Numbered from the stretch's first letter, positions 29,228 through 39,706 are shown. The stretch is 64,000 nucleotides of DNA from Candidatus Aminicenantes bacterium (GCA_963702005.1 OY969696.1:448001-512000), one strand, 5' to 3'. A program made the numbers and translations. The notes: generated by a model from the sequence alone, not told the origin.

Positions 29228-30502
29228 GTGTCCGTGAGCCGAGCCGCCCGCCTCGCTCTATTAGGAGCTGCCCTCGTTCTGCCCCTCGCTTCCGGCCAGG
29301 ACGCCGGGGTCGAGATCTACAACCTCCGCCGCCATGTCCATGCCAACTTCACCCGGATCGTCATCGACATCGGCAGGCTCCGGGAGTACACGGCGAGCGA
29401 GCTGCGCGGCCCGGACCGGGTCGTCGTCGACATCCTCGAGGCCAAGCTCAACCCGATCCTGCACGGCCAGGATATCTCGGTCAAGGCCGACTACATCAGC
29501 TCGATCCGGATCGCCCAGAAGTCGTCCGGGACTGTGCGGCTGGCCGTCGACGTCGACTTCAAGAAGATCGAGAGCTACCGGGTCTACCACCTGTTCGACC
29601 CGTTCCGGATCGTCATCGACATCTATCCCAAGACGGCCGCGGCCACGACCTCGGCCGGCCCCGAGACCCAGAGTCCCGAGAGCGCCGCGGCCAAGCTCCC
29701 GGCCGAAGCCAAGGATCGCGCCCAAGCTCAGCCTCCGCCCGAAGCCGGGACCAAGCCGCCGGCCTCGATCCAGCCGGCCCAGCCGACCGCGTCCGGCTAC
29801 AGCCTGGCCCGCCAGCTCGGCCTCGGGGCCAGGACCATCGTCATCGATCCCGGCCACGGCGGCCAGGACCCGGGCTGCATCGGGAAGGCGGGTCTCAAGG
29901 AAAAAGACGTCGCCCTCGACCTCGCCCTCCGGCTCAAGAAGCTTCTCGAGCAGAAGGCCGGTCTCAATATCATCCTGACCCGCGAATCGGACATCTTTAT
30001 CGAGCTCACCGACCGGACCGTCATCGCCAATCAAAGCAGGGCGGACTTGTTCGTCTCCATCCACCTCAACGCCAACCGGAACCGGAAGAAAACGGGCGTG
30101 GAGACGTTCTTCCTCAACGTCAACCCCGACCCGACCGTCATGGAGATCGCGGCCCGCGAGAACGCGACATCGACCAAGACCATGAGCCACATGGTCGAGA
30201 TCAGCAAACAAATATTCCTCCATACCAAGGTTATCGAGTCGCGGGAGCTGGCCGGCCGGGTTCAGGCGAGCCTGATCAAGGCGCTGGGCCGGTCGTTCAA
30301 TGGGATCACGAGCCTGGGCGCCAAGGGCGGTCCGTTCTGGGTCCTGATCGGCGGCGAGATGCCGTCCATCCTGGTCGAAACGACCCACCTCAGCAACACC
30401 AACGACGAGTCGCGCCTTAAGACGGACGCCTATCGCCAGGCCGTTGCCCAGGGAATTTTTGAGGGTATAATGGACTATATTCATTCCCTCGGAAAAGGAT
30501 GA
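29228..30502 (+). CDS. amiC: N-acetylmuramoyl-L-alanine amidase with AMIN domains
   Basis: Signal peptide, AMIN repeats (RIVID), IDPGHGG, FVSIHLNA, ARENA and PSILVE motifs. Confidence 0.9.
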   Translation: MSVSRAARLALLGAALVLPLASGQDAGVEIYNLRRHVHANFTRIVIDIGRLREYTASELRGPDRVVVDILEAKLNPILHGQDISVKADYISSIRIAQKSSGTVRLAVDVDFKKIESYRVYHLFDPFRIVIDIYPKTAAATTSAGPETQSPESAAAKLPAEAKDRAQAQPPPEAGTKPPASIQPAQPTASGYSLARQLGLGARTIVIDPGHGGQDPGCIGKAGLKEKDVALDLALRLKKLLEQKAGLNIILTRESDIFIELTDRTVIANQSRADLFVSIHLNANRNRKKTGVETFFLNVNPDPTVMEIAARENATSTKTMSHMVEISKQIFLHTKVIESRELAGRVQASLIKALGRSFNGITSLGAKGGPFWVLIGGEMPSILVETTHLSNTNDESRLKTDAYRQAVAQGIFEGIMDYIHSLGKG

Positions 30503-30508
30503 GCCGAG

Positions 30509-31420
30509 ATGAAAAGACGTGACGCCCTGAAGGATATCGCGCTCGGAGGCCTCGCCCTCAAGTTCGGTCCGGAGCTCGTCGGCGGCCCGCGCCCAGCGGC
30601 CTCGTTCCAAGCCAAGGCCGGGCCCGACCTGGCCGCGATCACGGCCGAATCGCCCGCCGCCGCCACCCGGGCCGCCGTCGAGGCCCTGGGCGGCATGAAG
30701 GCCTTCATCGGGCGCGGGGACAAGGTCATCCTCAAGCCCAACATCGGCTGGGACCGGACGCCCGAGATGGCGGCCTGCACGAACCCCGAGGTCATCGCGA
30801 CACTGACCGCCCTCGCCCTCGAAGCGGGGGCCAAGGCCGTCGTCGTCATGGACAACACGACGAACCAGGCCAAACGCTGCTATGTCCGGTCCGGGATCGC
30901 CGAGGCCGCCAAGCAGGCCGGCGCCAAGGTCCTGTTCACGGACGAATACCGGCTCAAGAAAACGGACCTCAAGGGCGCCTGGCTCAAGGAGTGGGAGGTC
31001 TTCGCCGACTTCCTGGAGGCCGACAAGATCATCAACGTCCCGATCGCCAAGGTCCACAGCCTGTCCCGGCTGTCGATGGGGATGAAGAACTGGCTGGGCG
31101 CGATCGGCGGCGCCCGCAACCAGCTCCACCAGAAGCTCGACGAGGCCATCGTCGACCTGGCCGCCTTCTTCAAGCCGGCCCTGACCGTCCTCGACGCCTA
31201 CCGAATTCTGGTCGCTAACGGCCCCCAGGGCGGGCGGCTCTCGGACACGAAGCTGGTCAAGACCGTCGTCGCCGGCCGCGACCCGGTCGCCGTGGACGCG
31301 ATGGGCGCGACCTTCTTCGAGATCCAGCCCCAGGAGCTCCTCTATCTCAGGATCGCGCGGGAGCGGGGATTGGGGACCCATGAGCTGGAGAAACTGACCG
31401 TTGAAAAAAGAACCATCTAA
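30509..31420 (+). CDS. DUF362-family protein with Tat signal
   Basis: MKRRDALK twin-Arg signal; LKPNIG, INVPIAKVH, MGMKN, NGP.GG and DPVAVD motifs. Confidence 0.85.
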   Translation: MKRRDALKDIALGGLALKFGPELVGGPRPAASFQAKAGPDLAAITAESPAAATRAAVEALGGMKAFIGRGDKVILKPNIGWDRTPEMAACTNPEVIATLTALALEAGAKAVVVMDNTTNQAKRCYVRSGIAEAAKQAGAKVLFTDEYRLKKTDLKGAWLKEWEVFADFLEADKIINVPIAKVHSLSRLSMGMKNWLGAIGGARNQLHQKLDEAIVDLAAFFKPALTVLDAYRILVANGPQGGRLSDTKLVKTVVAGRDPVAVDAMGATFFEIQPQELLYLRIARERGLGTHELEKLTVEKRTI

Positions 31421-33014
31421 GAAGTATAGGCTCATCCGGACCCTGCGGATTCTGAGCCAGGCCGCCTTCCTGGGGCTGTTTGTCTATCTCCTCCTCGTCT
31501 CCCACTATACGGGCGAGGATTACATCAAAAAGCCCGTCGACGTCTTCTTCCATTTCGACCCGCTCATCGCCTTGGTGACCATCGTCGCCGGCCGGGTTTT
31601 TTTCGCCGAGCTCCTGCTGGCGGCGGTCACCTTGGCGTTAACCGTCCTCCTGGGCCGCGTCGTCTGCGGCTGGGCTTGTCCCTTGGGCTCGCTCCATCAA
31701 GCCTTCTCCTTTATCTTTAAGAAGGCCCGGCTCCTCAAGCCCAAACGGGAAGAGACCGCGTCGACCGGGTGGAAGTATCTGGTTCTGGCAATCGTCGTCA
31801 TCGGGTCGGCCTTCGCGCTCAACCTGGCCGGCTTCCTCGACCCGCTGTCCTTTCTGGTCCGCTCTTTCACGACGGCCGTCCTTCCGGCCAAGGCCCTCGT
31901 GCTTTCGGCCGTCGTCCGGCTCCTCTACGGAATCCATCTCCCCTCGCTGGCCCAGCCTCTGTCCCAATTCCTTGACAACCTGTCCGTCAACGCGATCTTT
32001 CTGCAGGGATTCGCGATCGGACTCCTCTTCATCGGGGCGGTCCTCCTCAACCTCTGGAAGGAACGGTTCTGGTGCCGCTATCTCTGCCCGGCCGGGGCGC
32101 TCCTCGGCCTGGCCTCGCGCTGGAACGTCCTCAAGCTCCGGATCGACGAGGACGCCTGCATCAAGTGCGGGCTGTGCACGCAGCACTGCCAGACCCAGGC
32201 CGAACCCTACCCGAACCCGAAATGGCGGAGCTCGGAATGCGTTTACTGCGCCACCTGCGCCGCCATCTGCCCCACGGCTGCGATCGGGTTTCCGGGGTCG
32301 GCCAAGCCCGAGAGCCTCAAGGCCGTGGACGTCCGCAAGCGCCGCTTCGTGCTCGCTTCGCTCGTCGGGCTGGCCGCCGTTCCTCTGTTTAGGATAACGG
32401 CGGCCCGCAAACGCGCCCACCTCAAGCTCATCCGTCCGCCCGGCGCCCTGCCCGAAAACAAATTCCTCGCCCGCTGCGTCAAGTGCGGGGAGTGTATGAA
32501 GGCCTGCCCGACCAACGGCCTTCAGCCCGCGCTCTACGAGGCCGGGCCCGAGGGAATCTGGACGCCGATGCTCGTGCCCAAGATCGGCTATTGCGAATAT
32601 TATTGCTCGCTCTGCACGCAAGTCTGTCCGACGGACGCCATCCGGAAGCTCACCGTCGAGGACAAGACCAAGGTCAAGATCGGCTCGTCCTGGATCAACA
32701 AGAGCCGCTGCATCCCTTACGTCTTGGGTAAGCCTTGCCTCGTCTGCGAGGAGCATTGTCCGACCTCGCCCAAGGCCATCAAGTTCGTCATGGTCCAGAC
32801 CCAGCTCCCGAACGGGACGGTCGCGACCCAGAAGGCCCCCGTTATCGACCAGAACCTCTGCATCGGCTGCGGCATCTGCGAGAACAAATGCCCGGTCGTT
32901 GACGACCCGGCCATTTTCGTGACGAGCATCGGCGAGCACCGCTCCGAGACGAACCAGCTGCTTCTTCCGGTCGTCGGCGAGGGCGGCGACGCCCCGCTGA
33001 ATCTCCCTAAATAA
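31401..33014 (+). CDS. Membrane polyferredoxin (NapH/MauN-like fused to NapG/MauM-like)
   Basis: TM helices, two CxxxCP motifs, several CxxCxxCxxxCP motifs and IRPPGA. Confidence 0.88.
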   Translation: MKKEPSKKYRLIRTLRILSQAAFLGLFVYLLLVSHYTGEDYIKKPVDVFFHFDPLIALVTIVAGRVFFAELLLAAVTLALTVLLGRVVCGWACPLGSLHQAFSFIFKKARLLKPKREETASTGWKYLVLAIVVIGSAFALNLAGFLDPLSFLVRSFTTAVLPAKALVLSAVVRLLYGIHLPSLAQPLSQFLDNLSVNAIFLQGFAIGLLFIGAVLLNLWKERFWCRYLCPAGALLGLASRWNVLKLRIDEDACIKCGLCTQHCQTQAEPYPNPKWRSSECVYCATCAAICPTAAIGFPGSAKPESLKAVDVRKRRFVLASLVGLAAVPLFRITAARKRAHLKLIRPPGALPENKFLARCVKCGECMKACPTNGLQPALYEAGPEGIWTPMLVPKIGYCEYYCSLCTQVCPTDAIRKLTVEDKTKVKIGSSWINKSRCIPYVLGKPCLVCEEHCPTSPKAIKFVMVQTQLPNGTVATQKAPVIDQNLCIGCGICENKCPVVDDPAIFVTSIGEHRSETNQLLLPVVGEGGDAPLNLPK

Positions 33015-33065
33015 TTCTGGGGACACACGACTTAATTCGGAATTAAGTCGTGTGTCCCCAGAATT
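33013..33065. repeat. Perfect 26-bp-arm palindrome (GGGGACAC...GTGTCCCC)
   Basis: AATTCTGGGGACACACGACTTAATTC-G-GAATTAAGTCGTGTGTCCCCAGAATT. Confidence 0.9.
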
Positions 33066-33102
33066 GGAATTAGCGATATTCGAGGAGTCTCGGGAGGTCA
33101 CG

Positions 33103-33735
33103 ATGTCCGACTCGGCGCTCATCAAAAAACTCCAAATCAAGCCTGGGATGCGGATGGCCATAATTAATTCGCCCCAAGCCTACCTCGGTCGGCTGGCCGA
33201 ACTCCCCGCCGGGGCGGCGATTGTCAAGGGCCGAGAAGCCGATCTCGAATTCGTCCAGGTCTTCGCCCGGAACCGGGCGGAGCTCGAAAGCCTCCTCCAG
33301 GGCGCGCTGGCCCGGCTCAAGCCCGACGGCTTGTTCTGGGTCTGTTATCCCAAGTTGACGGCCAAGGAAGCATCGGACCTTTCGAGGAAGATTCTCTGGG
33401 AGGCGGTTTCCAAGCACGGAATTAGGCCGGTCGCCCAGGTTGCGATCGACGACGTCTGGTCGGCCATGCGCTTCCGCCCGGCTGGGAAGGTCCTAAGCAC
33501 GAGCCCGGGGCCGGCCGCGAAGGGCTTGGCGACGAAAGACAGAACCATCATAGTCCCAGCGGATCTCAAGAAGGCCTTGGCAAAGAATAAAACGGCCCGG
33601 GAGCGATTCGTAAAATTATCCTACACCCACCGCAAAGAATACGTCCGTTGGATCGAGGATGCCAGGAAGCCCGAGACGCGCTTGCGCCGCATCATGAAAA
33701 CAATCGAAAGGCTCGCCTCCGGCGGCTCGCGCTGA
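33103..33735 (+). CDS. YdeI/OmdA-family protein
   Basis: [22 protein letters not shown]; C-terminal PADLKKAL...[26 protein letters not shown]. Confidence 0.85.
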   Translation: MSDSALIKKLQIKPGMRMAIINSPQAYLGRLAELPAGAAIVKGREADLEFVQVFARNRAELESLLQGALARLKPDGLFWVCYPKLTAKEASDLSRKILWEAVSKHGIRPVAQVAIDDVWSAMRFRPAGKVLSTSPGPAAKGLATKDRTIIVPADLKKALAKNKTARERFVKLSYTHRKEYVRWIEDARKPETRLRRIMKTIERLASGGSR

Positions 33736-33747
33736 AAAGACTCAAGA

Positions 33748-34725
33748 TCACTCGGCAAAGATTTTTTTGAGCTCGTCCTTCAAGGGCGGAATGACCTCGA
33801 ACAGATCGCCCACGATCCCGAAATCCGCGACCTTGAGGATGGGCGCCTCGGGATCTTTGTTAACGGCGACGATGACTTTCGATCCCGACATTCCAGCCAA
33901 GTGCTGGATGGCGCCGGAAACGCCGAAGGCCATATAGAGGTTCGGGGATACGGTCTTACCGGTCTGGCCGACCTGATGCTGGTGATCGATCCAGCCCGAG
34001 TCGACGGCCGAGCGCGAGGCGCCGACCGCGGCCCGGGGCAGGATGGCGGCCAGCTCGCGCAGGAGTCCGAAGTTCTCGGCCGCCTTGAGGCCGCGTCCTC
34101 CAGAAACGATAATCTCGGCCTCGGTCACGTCGAGAGCCTCGCCCTGCTCCTTGATGATCTCCTCGACGCGGGCCTTGACGCCGTCCTCGGCCACGGCCGC
34201 CGTCTTCTGGACGACCTCGCCTCGGCCGGGCTTCGCTTCGCCGAGCGCGAAGACGTTCGGCCGTAGCGTCGCCAGGGCGGGCTCGCCTTTGAGCGCGACC
34301 GTCATCAGGGCCTTTCCGGCGAAGATGGGACGCGTGAACTCGAACCGGCCGTTCGCGACGGCGACCTTGGTGCAGTCGGAGGCCAAGCCGACCTTGAGCT
34401 TGGCGGCCAAGCGCGGGGCCAGGTCTTTCCCCATGGCCGAGGCGGCCATCCAGACGGCCTTGGGCTTGACTTCGGCCGCGAGCCCGGCCAGGGCCTGGGC
34501 GAATCCCTGCGAGGAATACCGGTTGAGGGCAGGGCTTTCCAGATGAAAGAGAGTCCGGGCGCCGAGAGCGAAGACTTCAACCGCGAGCGCCTCGTCGAAC
34601 GGCCCGACGGCCGCGGCGGCCACGGTCTCGCTCATCTCGCCGGCGCGCCGCGCCGCCTCGCTCAGAACTTCGAGAGAGCTCTTCTTGATCTTGCCGTCGC
34701 GGGTTTCCAGGAATACGAGTATCAT
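33748..34725 (-). CDS. etfA: Electron transfer flavoprotein alpha subunit
   Basis: VSGGRG, GASR, QVGQTGK and [10 protein letters not shown] motifs. Confidence 0.96.
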   Translation of the reverse strand: MILVFLETRDGKIKKSSLEVLSEAARRAGEMSETVAAAAVGPFDEALAVEVFALGARTLFHLESPALNRYSSQGFAQALAGLAAEVKPKAVWMAASAMGKDLAPRLAAKLKVGLASDCTKVAVANGRFEFTRPIFAGKALMTVALKGEPALATLRPNVFALGEAKPGRGEVVQKTAAVAEDGVKARVEEIIKEQGEALDVTEAEIIVSGGRGLKAAENFGLLRELAAILPRAAVGASRSAVDSGWIDHQHQVGQTGKTVSPNLYMAFGVSGAIQHLAGMSGSKVIVAVNKDPEAPILKVADFGIVGDLFEVIPPLKDELKKIFAE

Positions 34726-34739
34726 GGCCGGCTCTCCTC

Positions 34740-35522
34740 TCAGATGACCTTGGCGTCCCTATGTAGGAACTCGACGAGCCGGCGGGCGGCTTCGGCGGCG
34801 GGGGCGGTCACGATTTGGCCCGCCTTGCGCGCCGAGGGAGCCTCGATCCGCAGGACCTCGACCCGGGCGGCCGTCTCCTCCGGCGCCAATCCCAGCTCGC
34901 CGAGCGCCACGACGGGAATCGTCTTCTTCTTGGCGGCCATGATTCCGCGCAGGGTCTCGTAGCGCGGCTCGTTGAGCCCTTTCTGAGCGCTGACGACGGC
35001 GGGAAGCGAGAAGGCGACTTTCTCGCGGGCGCCCTCGATCTCGCGCTGGGCCGTCCCCGCTCCGCCCTCGATCTCGAGCTTGGTGACGACGTTGACCTGG
35101 GGCAGCCCCAGGAGCTCGGCGACCATCGAGGGAACCTGGGCGTTGTCGGCGCCCACGGATTGTTTCCCGAACAGGAGGAGGTCGCATGGAAGCGCCTTCA
35201 CGGCTACGTACTTGGCCAGGATGACCGCCGTCCTCAATCCGTCGTAGCTCTCGGGGCCGGCGTCTTTGATAAGGACGGCCTCGTCGACTCCCATGGCCAG
35301 GCACTTGCGGAGGATGACCTGCGCCTCGTCCGGCCCAAGCGCGATGGCCGCGACCGTCCCTCCCTTGGCCTCCCTGAGACGGAGGGCCTCTTCGACGGCG
35401 TATTCGTCGTAGGGGCTGAGGACGAAATTCAGCCCGTCCTCGGCGACGGCCTTGCCGCCCTCCTGGATGCGGATCCGGGACTCCGTGTCGGGAACCCGCT
35501 TGACGAAAACGTAAATGTTCAT
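34740..35522 (-). CDS. etfB: Electron transfer flavoprotein beta subunit
   Basis: KRVPD, PYDEYAVEEA, GKQSVG and NEPRY motifs. Confidence 0.95.
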   Translation of the reverse strand: MNIYVFVKRVPDTESRIRIQEGGKAVAEDGLNFVLSPYDEYAVEEALRLREAKGGTVAAIALGPDEAQVILRKCLAMGVDEAVLIKDAGPESYDGLRTAVILAKYVAVKALPCDLLLFGKQSVGADNAQVPSMVAELLGLPQVNVVTKLEIEGGAGTAQREIEGAREKVAFSLPAVVSAQKGLNEPRYETLRGIMAAKKKTIPVVALGELGLAPEETAARVEVLRIEAPSARKAGQIVTAPAAEAARRLVEFLHRDAKVI

Positions 35523-35606
35523 CCCTGTCTCCTTATTCGCGTCCCTGTCAATCCGTCCGGTCCGATCGGCAGCGGGCGCTCCCTATCAGGCCCTTTTCCT
35601 CGGCCC

Positions 35607-36881
35607 CTACTCCTCGAAGCGCTTGAGCAGAAGGGAGCCGTTCGTGCCGCCGAAACCGAAGGAATTGCTGAGCCCGTAGCGGATCTCGGCAGGCCGGGCT
35701 TTGTTGGGGACGTAGTCGAGGTCGCACTCGGGGTCGGGCACCTCGTAGTTCATGGTCGGGGTCATGACCTGGTGCTTGAGGCAGAGAGCCGTGATCCCGG
35801 CCTCGACCCCGCCAGTCGCGCCGAGCAGGTGCCCGGTCATGGACTTGGTCGAGCTGATCCCGATCTTGGCCGCGTGGGCGCCGAAGACGCGCTTGATGGC
35901 GGCCGTCTCGATCTTGTCGTTGTAGGGGGTCGAGGTCCCGTGGGCATTGATGTAGCCGACCTCGGACGGGTCGATCCCGGCGTCGGCGATGGCCCGCTTC
36001 ATGACCCTGACGGCGCCGTCGCCGTCCGGGGCCGGGGCCGACGTGTGGTAAGCGTCGCCCGTCATCCCGTAGCCGACGACCTCGGCGTAGATCTTGGCGC
36101 CCCGATCGAGGGCTAAGCCGAGCTCTTCGAGCAGGAGGATCCCGGATCCTTCGCCCATGACGAACCCGTCGCGCTTGGCGTCGAAGGGCCGCGAGGCGCG
36201 GGCGGGGTCGTCGTTGCGGGTCGACAAGGCCTTCATCGAGCAGAACCCGGCTATCCCCAGGGGCGAGATGGCCGCTTCCGCACCTCCGGCGAGCATGATA
36301 TCGGCATCCCCGCGGGCGATCATCCGGAAGGAGTCGCCTACCGCATGGCAGCCGGTCGAGCAGGCCGTGGCCAGGGCCGAGTTGGGACCCTTGGCGCCGA
36401 AGCGGATCGAGATCTGGCCCGAGGCCTCGTTGATGATGGTTGCGATCAGGAAGTAGGGGGAGACCCGGTCCGGACCTTTTTCGAGGAGGATCCGGTGCTG
36501 CTCCTCGATCGTGGCGATCCCGCCGATCCCGGACCCGACGTAGACGCCGCAACGGTCGCCCTGGAGACGGGCGGGCGCGATCTCCGCGTCATCGACGGCC
36601 AGCTGCGCCGCCACGACCGCGTACTGAATGAAGAGGTCCATCTTGCGGACCTCCTTCCGGTCGATGAAGGCGAGCGGGTCGAGGTCCTTGACCTCGGCGG
36701 CGATCCGCGTCGAGAGCCGCGTAGCGTCGAAGCGGGTGATCGGACCGACCCCGTTTTCGCCCTTGAGCAGGGCCTCCCACGTCCGGGCCAGCCCGACGCC
36801 CAAGGGCGACACGAGACCGATCCCCGTGACGACGACCCGCCTCGGCGGGCATAGTTTTGGCCCGGCTGAAGATACCGTCAT
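35607..36881 (-). CDS. fabF: 3-oxoacyl-ACP synthase II
   Basis: RRVVVTGIG, TACSTG, NAHGTST, GHLLGA and NSFGFGG motifs. Confidence 0.97.
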   Translation of the reverse strand: MTVSSAGPKLCPPRRVVVTGIGLVSPLGVGLARTWEALLKGENGVGPITRFDATRLSTRIAAEVKDLDPLAFIDRKEVRKMDLFIQYAVVAAQLAVDDAEIAPARLQGDRCGVYVGSGIGGIATIEEQHRILLEKGPDRVSPYFLIATIINEASGQISIRFGAKGPNSALATACSTGCHAVGDSFRMIARGDADIMLAGGAEAAISPLGIAGFCSMKALSTRNDDPARASRPFDAKRDGFVMGEGSGILLLEELGLALDRGAKIYAEVVGYGMTGDAYHTSAPAPDGDGAVRVMKRAIADAGIDPSEVGYINAHGTSTPYNDKIETAAIKRVFGAHAAKIGISSTKSMTGHLLGATGGVEAGITALCLKHQVMTPTMNYEVPDPECDLDYVPNKARPAEIRYGLSNSFGFGGTNGSLLLKRFEE

Positions 36882-36900
36882 CGATGAATAGACGCGGGTC

Positions 36901-37143
36901 TCAGGAAACCTTGGACAGGATGTAATCCATGGCCTTGCCGACGGTCGTCAGCTTCTCGGCGTCCTCGTCGGGGATGTCGAGCCCGAACTCGTCCTCCAAG
37001 GCCATGACCAGTTCCACGGTGTCGAGGGAATCCGCCCCCAGATCGTCGATGAACGAAGCCTGTTCGGTGATCTGCTCCTCGCCGATGCTCAGCTTGTCGG
37101 CCACGATGCTCTTGACCTTCTTCAGGAGTTCTTCTCTTTGCAT
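36901..37143 (-). CDS. acpP: Acyl carrier protein
   Basis: [14 protein letters not shown] motif. Confidence 0.97.
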   Translation of the reverse strand: MQREELLKKVKSIVADKLSIGEEQITEQASFIDDLGADSLDTVELVMALEDEFGLDIPDEDAEKLTTVGKAMDYILSKVS

Positions 37144-37202
37144 TGTCCACTCCTCCTAAAATCAAATTTCCGGGACTCCGGTTTGGAGAACCCCGTGGGA
37201 CT

Positions 37203-37952
37203 TCACACCATGTACATGCCGCCGTTGAGGTGGATGACCTGGCCGGTGATGTAGGACGCCCCGTCCGAAAGCAGGAAGCGGACGGCGGCGGCCACGTCTT
37301 CGGGCCGGCCGAAACGATGGAGGGGAATGGCCTCCAGAAACGCCTTCTGGACGGCCTCGGGAAGCTTGGCGGTCATGGCCGTCTCGATGTAGCCGGGGGC
37401 GACGCAGTTGACGGTGATTCCCCGCGAGGCGATCTCGCGGGCCAGAGACTTCGAGAAGGCGATGACCCCGGCCTTGGAGGCCGCGTAATTGGCCTGGCCG
37501 GCGTTCCCCGTGGCGCCGACCACCGAAGCGATGTTGACAATCCGCCCCGACCTCTGGTTGAGCATGGTCCGGACGACGGCCCGGCAGAAGTTGAAGGTCC
37601 CTTTGAGGTTGACGGCCAGGACGGCGTCCCATTCCTCCTCCTTCATCCGGAGAAGGAGATTGTCGCGGGTGATGCCCGCGTTGTTGACCAGAAAGTCGAT
37701 CCGGCCGTGGCGGGCCAGGATATCCTCGACGACGCGGCCGACCTGGTCCGATTTGGAGACGTCGGCCGCGTGGACCGAAGCCTCCGGGCCCAGCTCCCGG
37801 ATCCTGGCGGCGACGGCCTGGAGCTTTTCCTCCTGGACGTCGACCAGGGCCGGTTGGGCCCCCGCTTCGGCCAGGTCGAAGGCGATGGCCTCACCGATTC
37901 CCTGAGAGGCCCCGGTCACAATCGCGACCTTGTCGTGGAAAATGCCGGCCAT
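37203..37952 (-). CDS. fabG: 3-oxoacyl-ACP reductase
   Basis: TGASQGIG, NNAGITRD and YAASK motifs, in a fab context. Confidence 0.95.
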   Translation of the reverse strand: MAGIFHDKVAIVTGASQGIGEAIAFDLAEAGAQPALVDVQEEKLQAVAARIRELGPEASVHAADVSKSDQVGRVVEDILARHGRIDFLVNNAGITRDNLLLRMKEEEWDAVLAVNLKGTFNFCRAVVRTMLNQRSGRIVNIASVVGATGNAGQANYAASKAGVIAFSKSLAREIASRGITVNCVAPGYIETAMTAKLPEAVQKAFLEAIPLHRFGRPEDVAAAVRFLLSDGASYITGQVIHLNGGMYMV

Positions 37953-37953
37953 C

Positions 37954-38961
37954 TCAAAACCCTCCCGTCGCCTTGTGGGCGCGGCCGATCTCGGTCCGGA
38001 TCCGGTCCTGGACACGGTTGGCGACGAAGTCCCGGGCCAGCCGGACGGCGTTCCGGACGGCGTTCGGGTTCGAGCGCCCGTGCCCGACGATGCAGACGCC
38101 CTTGAGGCCGAGGAGCAAAGCTCCGCCGTATTCGGAGTAGTCGAGCTTCCGGTAGATCTTTTTGAGGTTTCTTTTCATCAAGAAGAACCCGACCTTGGCC
38201 AGGAGGTTCTTCATGACCTCGTGGCGGCCCATCGACAGGAGCGTCTCGACGACGCCCTCGCTGACCTTGAGGGCGACGTTCCCGGTGAAGCCGTCGCTGA
38301 CGATGACGTCGGCCTTCCCGCTGAACAGGTCCTTGCCCTCGATGTTGCCGATGAAGCGAACCGGCGCCGACTCGAGGAGGCGGAAGGCCTCCTTGGTCAG
38401 GTCGTTCCCTTTCGTATTCTCCTCGCCGATGCTCATCAAGCCGACCCGCGGATCGGCCAGGCCGAGGGCGCTCTCCATGAAGGCCCGGCCCATGACAGCG
38501 AACTGCTCGAGGTCCTGGGGCCTGCAGTTGGCGTTGGCCCCGACGTCGATGAGGAGGGTCAAGCCTTGGAGCGATGAGACGAGGAGGGCCAGGGCGGGCT
38601 TGTCGACGCCTTCCAGAACGCCCAGGACCCGCCGGGAGATGTAAACCACTGCGGCCGTGTTGCCGGTCGAGACGAAGCCGTCGGCCGCGCCCTCCTTGAG
38701 GAGCTGGGCTCCGACCCGGATCGAGGAGCGGGCCTTCCTACGGAAGGAAAAGATCCCTTCGCCCATGCCGATGGCCTCGGGCGCGTCGACGATGGTGACG
38801 CGGGCGCGCGGCCGAGGGCTCCGGTCAAACTCCTTTTTAATGAGCTCTTCGACGCCGACCAGCAGGACTTCGACCCGGAAATCCTCGGCGGCCCGGAGGG
38901 CGCCGGCCACGGTCACCCGCGGGCCGAAATCTCCCCCCATCGCGTCAACGGCGATCCTCAT
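37954..38961 (-). CDS. plsX: Phosphate acyltransferase
   Basis: IAVDAMGGD, GNT, DVGAN, GNIEG, DGFTGN and HGRS motifs. Confidence 0.96.
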   Translation of the reverse strand: MRIAVDAMGGDFGPRVTVAGALRAAEDFRVEVLLVGVEELIKKEFDRSPRPRARVTIVDAPEAIGMGEGIFSFRRKARSSIRVGAQLLKEGAADGFVSTGNTAAVVYISRRVLGVLEGVDKPALALLVSSLQGLTLLIDVGANANCRPQDLEQFAVMGRAFMESALGLADPRVGLMSIGEENTKGNDLTKEAFRLLESAPVRFIGNIEGKDLFSGKADVIVSDGFTGNVALKVSEGVVETLLSMGRHEVMKNLLAKVGFFLMKRNLKKIYRKLDYSEYGGALLLGLKGVCIVGHGRSNPNAVRNAVRLARDFVANRVQDRIRTEIGRAHKATGGF

Positions 38962-38978
38962 CGGAATTCCTGGTCGCG

Positions 38979-39161
38979 TTACTTCTCGGTCCCCTCGATG
39001 ACCTGGCGGCCGCGGTAAAATCCGCATTGGGGGCAGGCCCGGTGAGGCAGCTTGGGCGTCCCACAGTTGGAACAGACGGAAAAGGACGGGATGGTCAGCC
39101 CGTCGTGGGCCCGGCGTTTACCCTTGCGGGATGGGGAATGGCGTCTTTTGGGATTCGGCAT
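38979..39161 (-). CDS. rpmF: 50S ribosomal protein L32 (Zn-ribbon form)
   Basis: PKRRHS, CSNC and [10 protein letters not shown] motifs. Confidence 0.96.
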   Translation of the reverse strand: MPNPKRRHSPSRKGKRRAHDGLTIPSFSVCSNCGTPKLPHRACPQCGFYRGRQVIEGTEK

Positions 39162-39680
39162 TTACTTCTTGTCCTTCATCAGGGATTTGAGCGACTGAAA
39201 GCGGAAATCGGCGCCGGGAACCGCGCAGGAGCAGGCCCCGTCGCGGATGACGGCCCCGCAGACCGGGCAGATGCCCGGGCAGTCCTCCGAACAGAGCGGC
39301 CGGAGGGGGAAGGTCAGGTTGAGCTGCTCCAGGACGACCTCCCGCAGATCGAGCTGGGGGGCCGCGTAGTAGAGCGCGTTGACGTCCTCCTCCTCGAGTT
39401 CTTCCTTCATCTCTTCAAGCTCCTCGGGAAGGTAGATGAGGTCGAACCGCGAATCGACCGGGTACTCGAACGGCGTCAGGCAGCGGCTGCAGGCGAAGCG
39501 GAGCAAGGTCGTGATCCGGCCCTTGATCCGGATCTGCTCGTCGATCTTCGTGACGGTCAGCTCGACGTGGACCGGCCGCAGGAAGACGGCGTCCTCCTCG
39601 ACGAGCTCGACGCTCGGGTACTCGAAGTCCCGATTGACGGTCAAGCCTTCCTTAGGAAGTTTATCAATATCAATAAGCAT
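39162..39680 (-). CDS. yceD: DUF177/YceD family protein
   Basis: CSRCL and LCSEDCPGICPVCG motifs, upstream of rpmF. Confidence 0.92.
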   Translation of the reverse strand: MLIDIDKLPKEGLTVNRDFEYPSVELVEEDAVFLRPVHVELTVTKIDEQIRIKGRITTLLRFACSRCLTPFEYPVDSRFDLIYLPEELEEMKEELEEEDVNALYYAAPQLDLREVVLEQLNLTFPLRPLCSEDCPGICPVCGAVIRDGACSCAVPGADFRFQSLKSLMKDKK

Positions 39681-39706
39681 GTGGGTTCCTCGGCAAGAAT
39701 CGCCTT

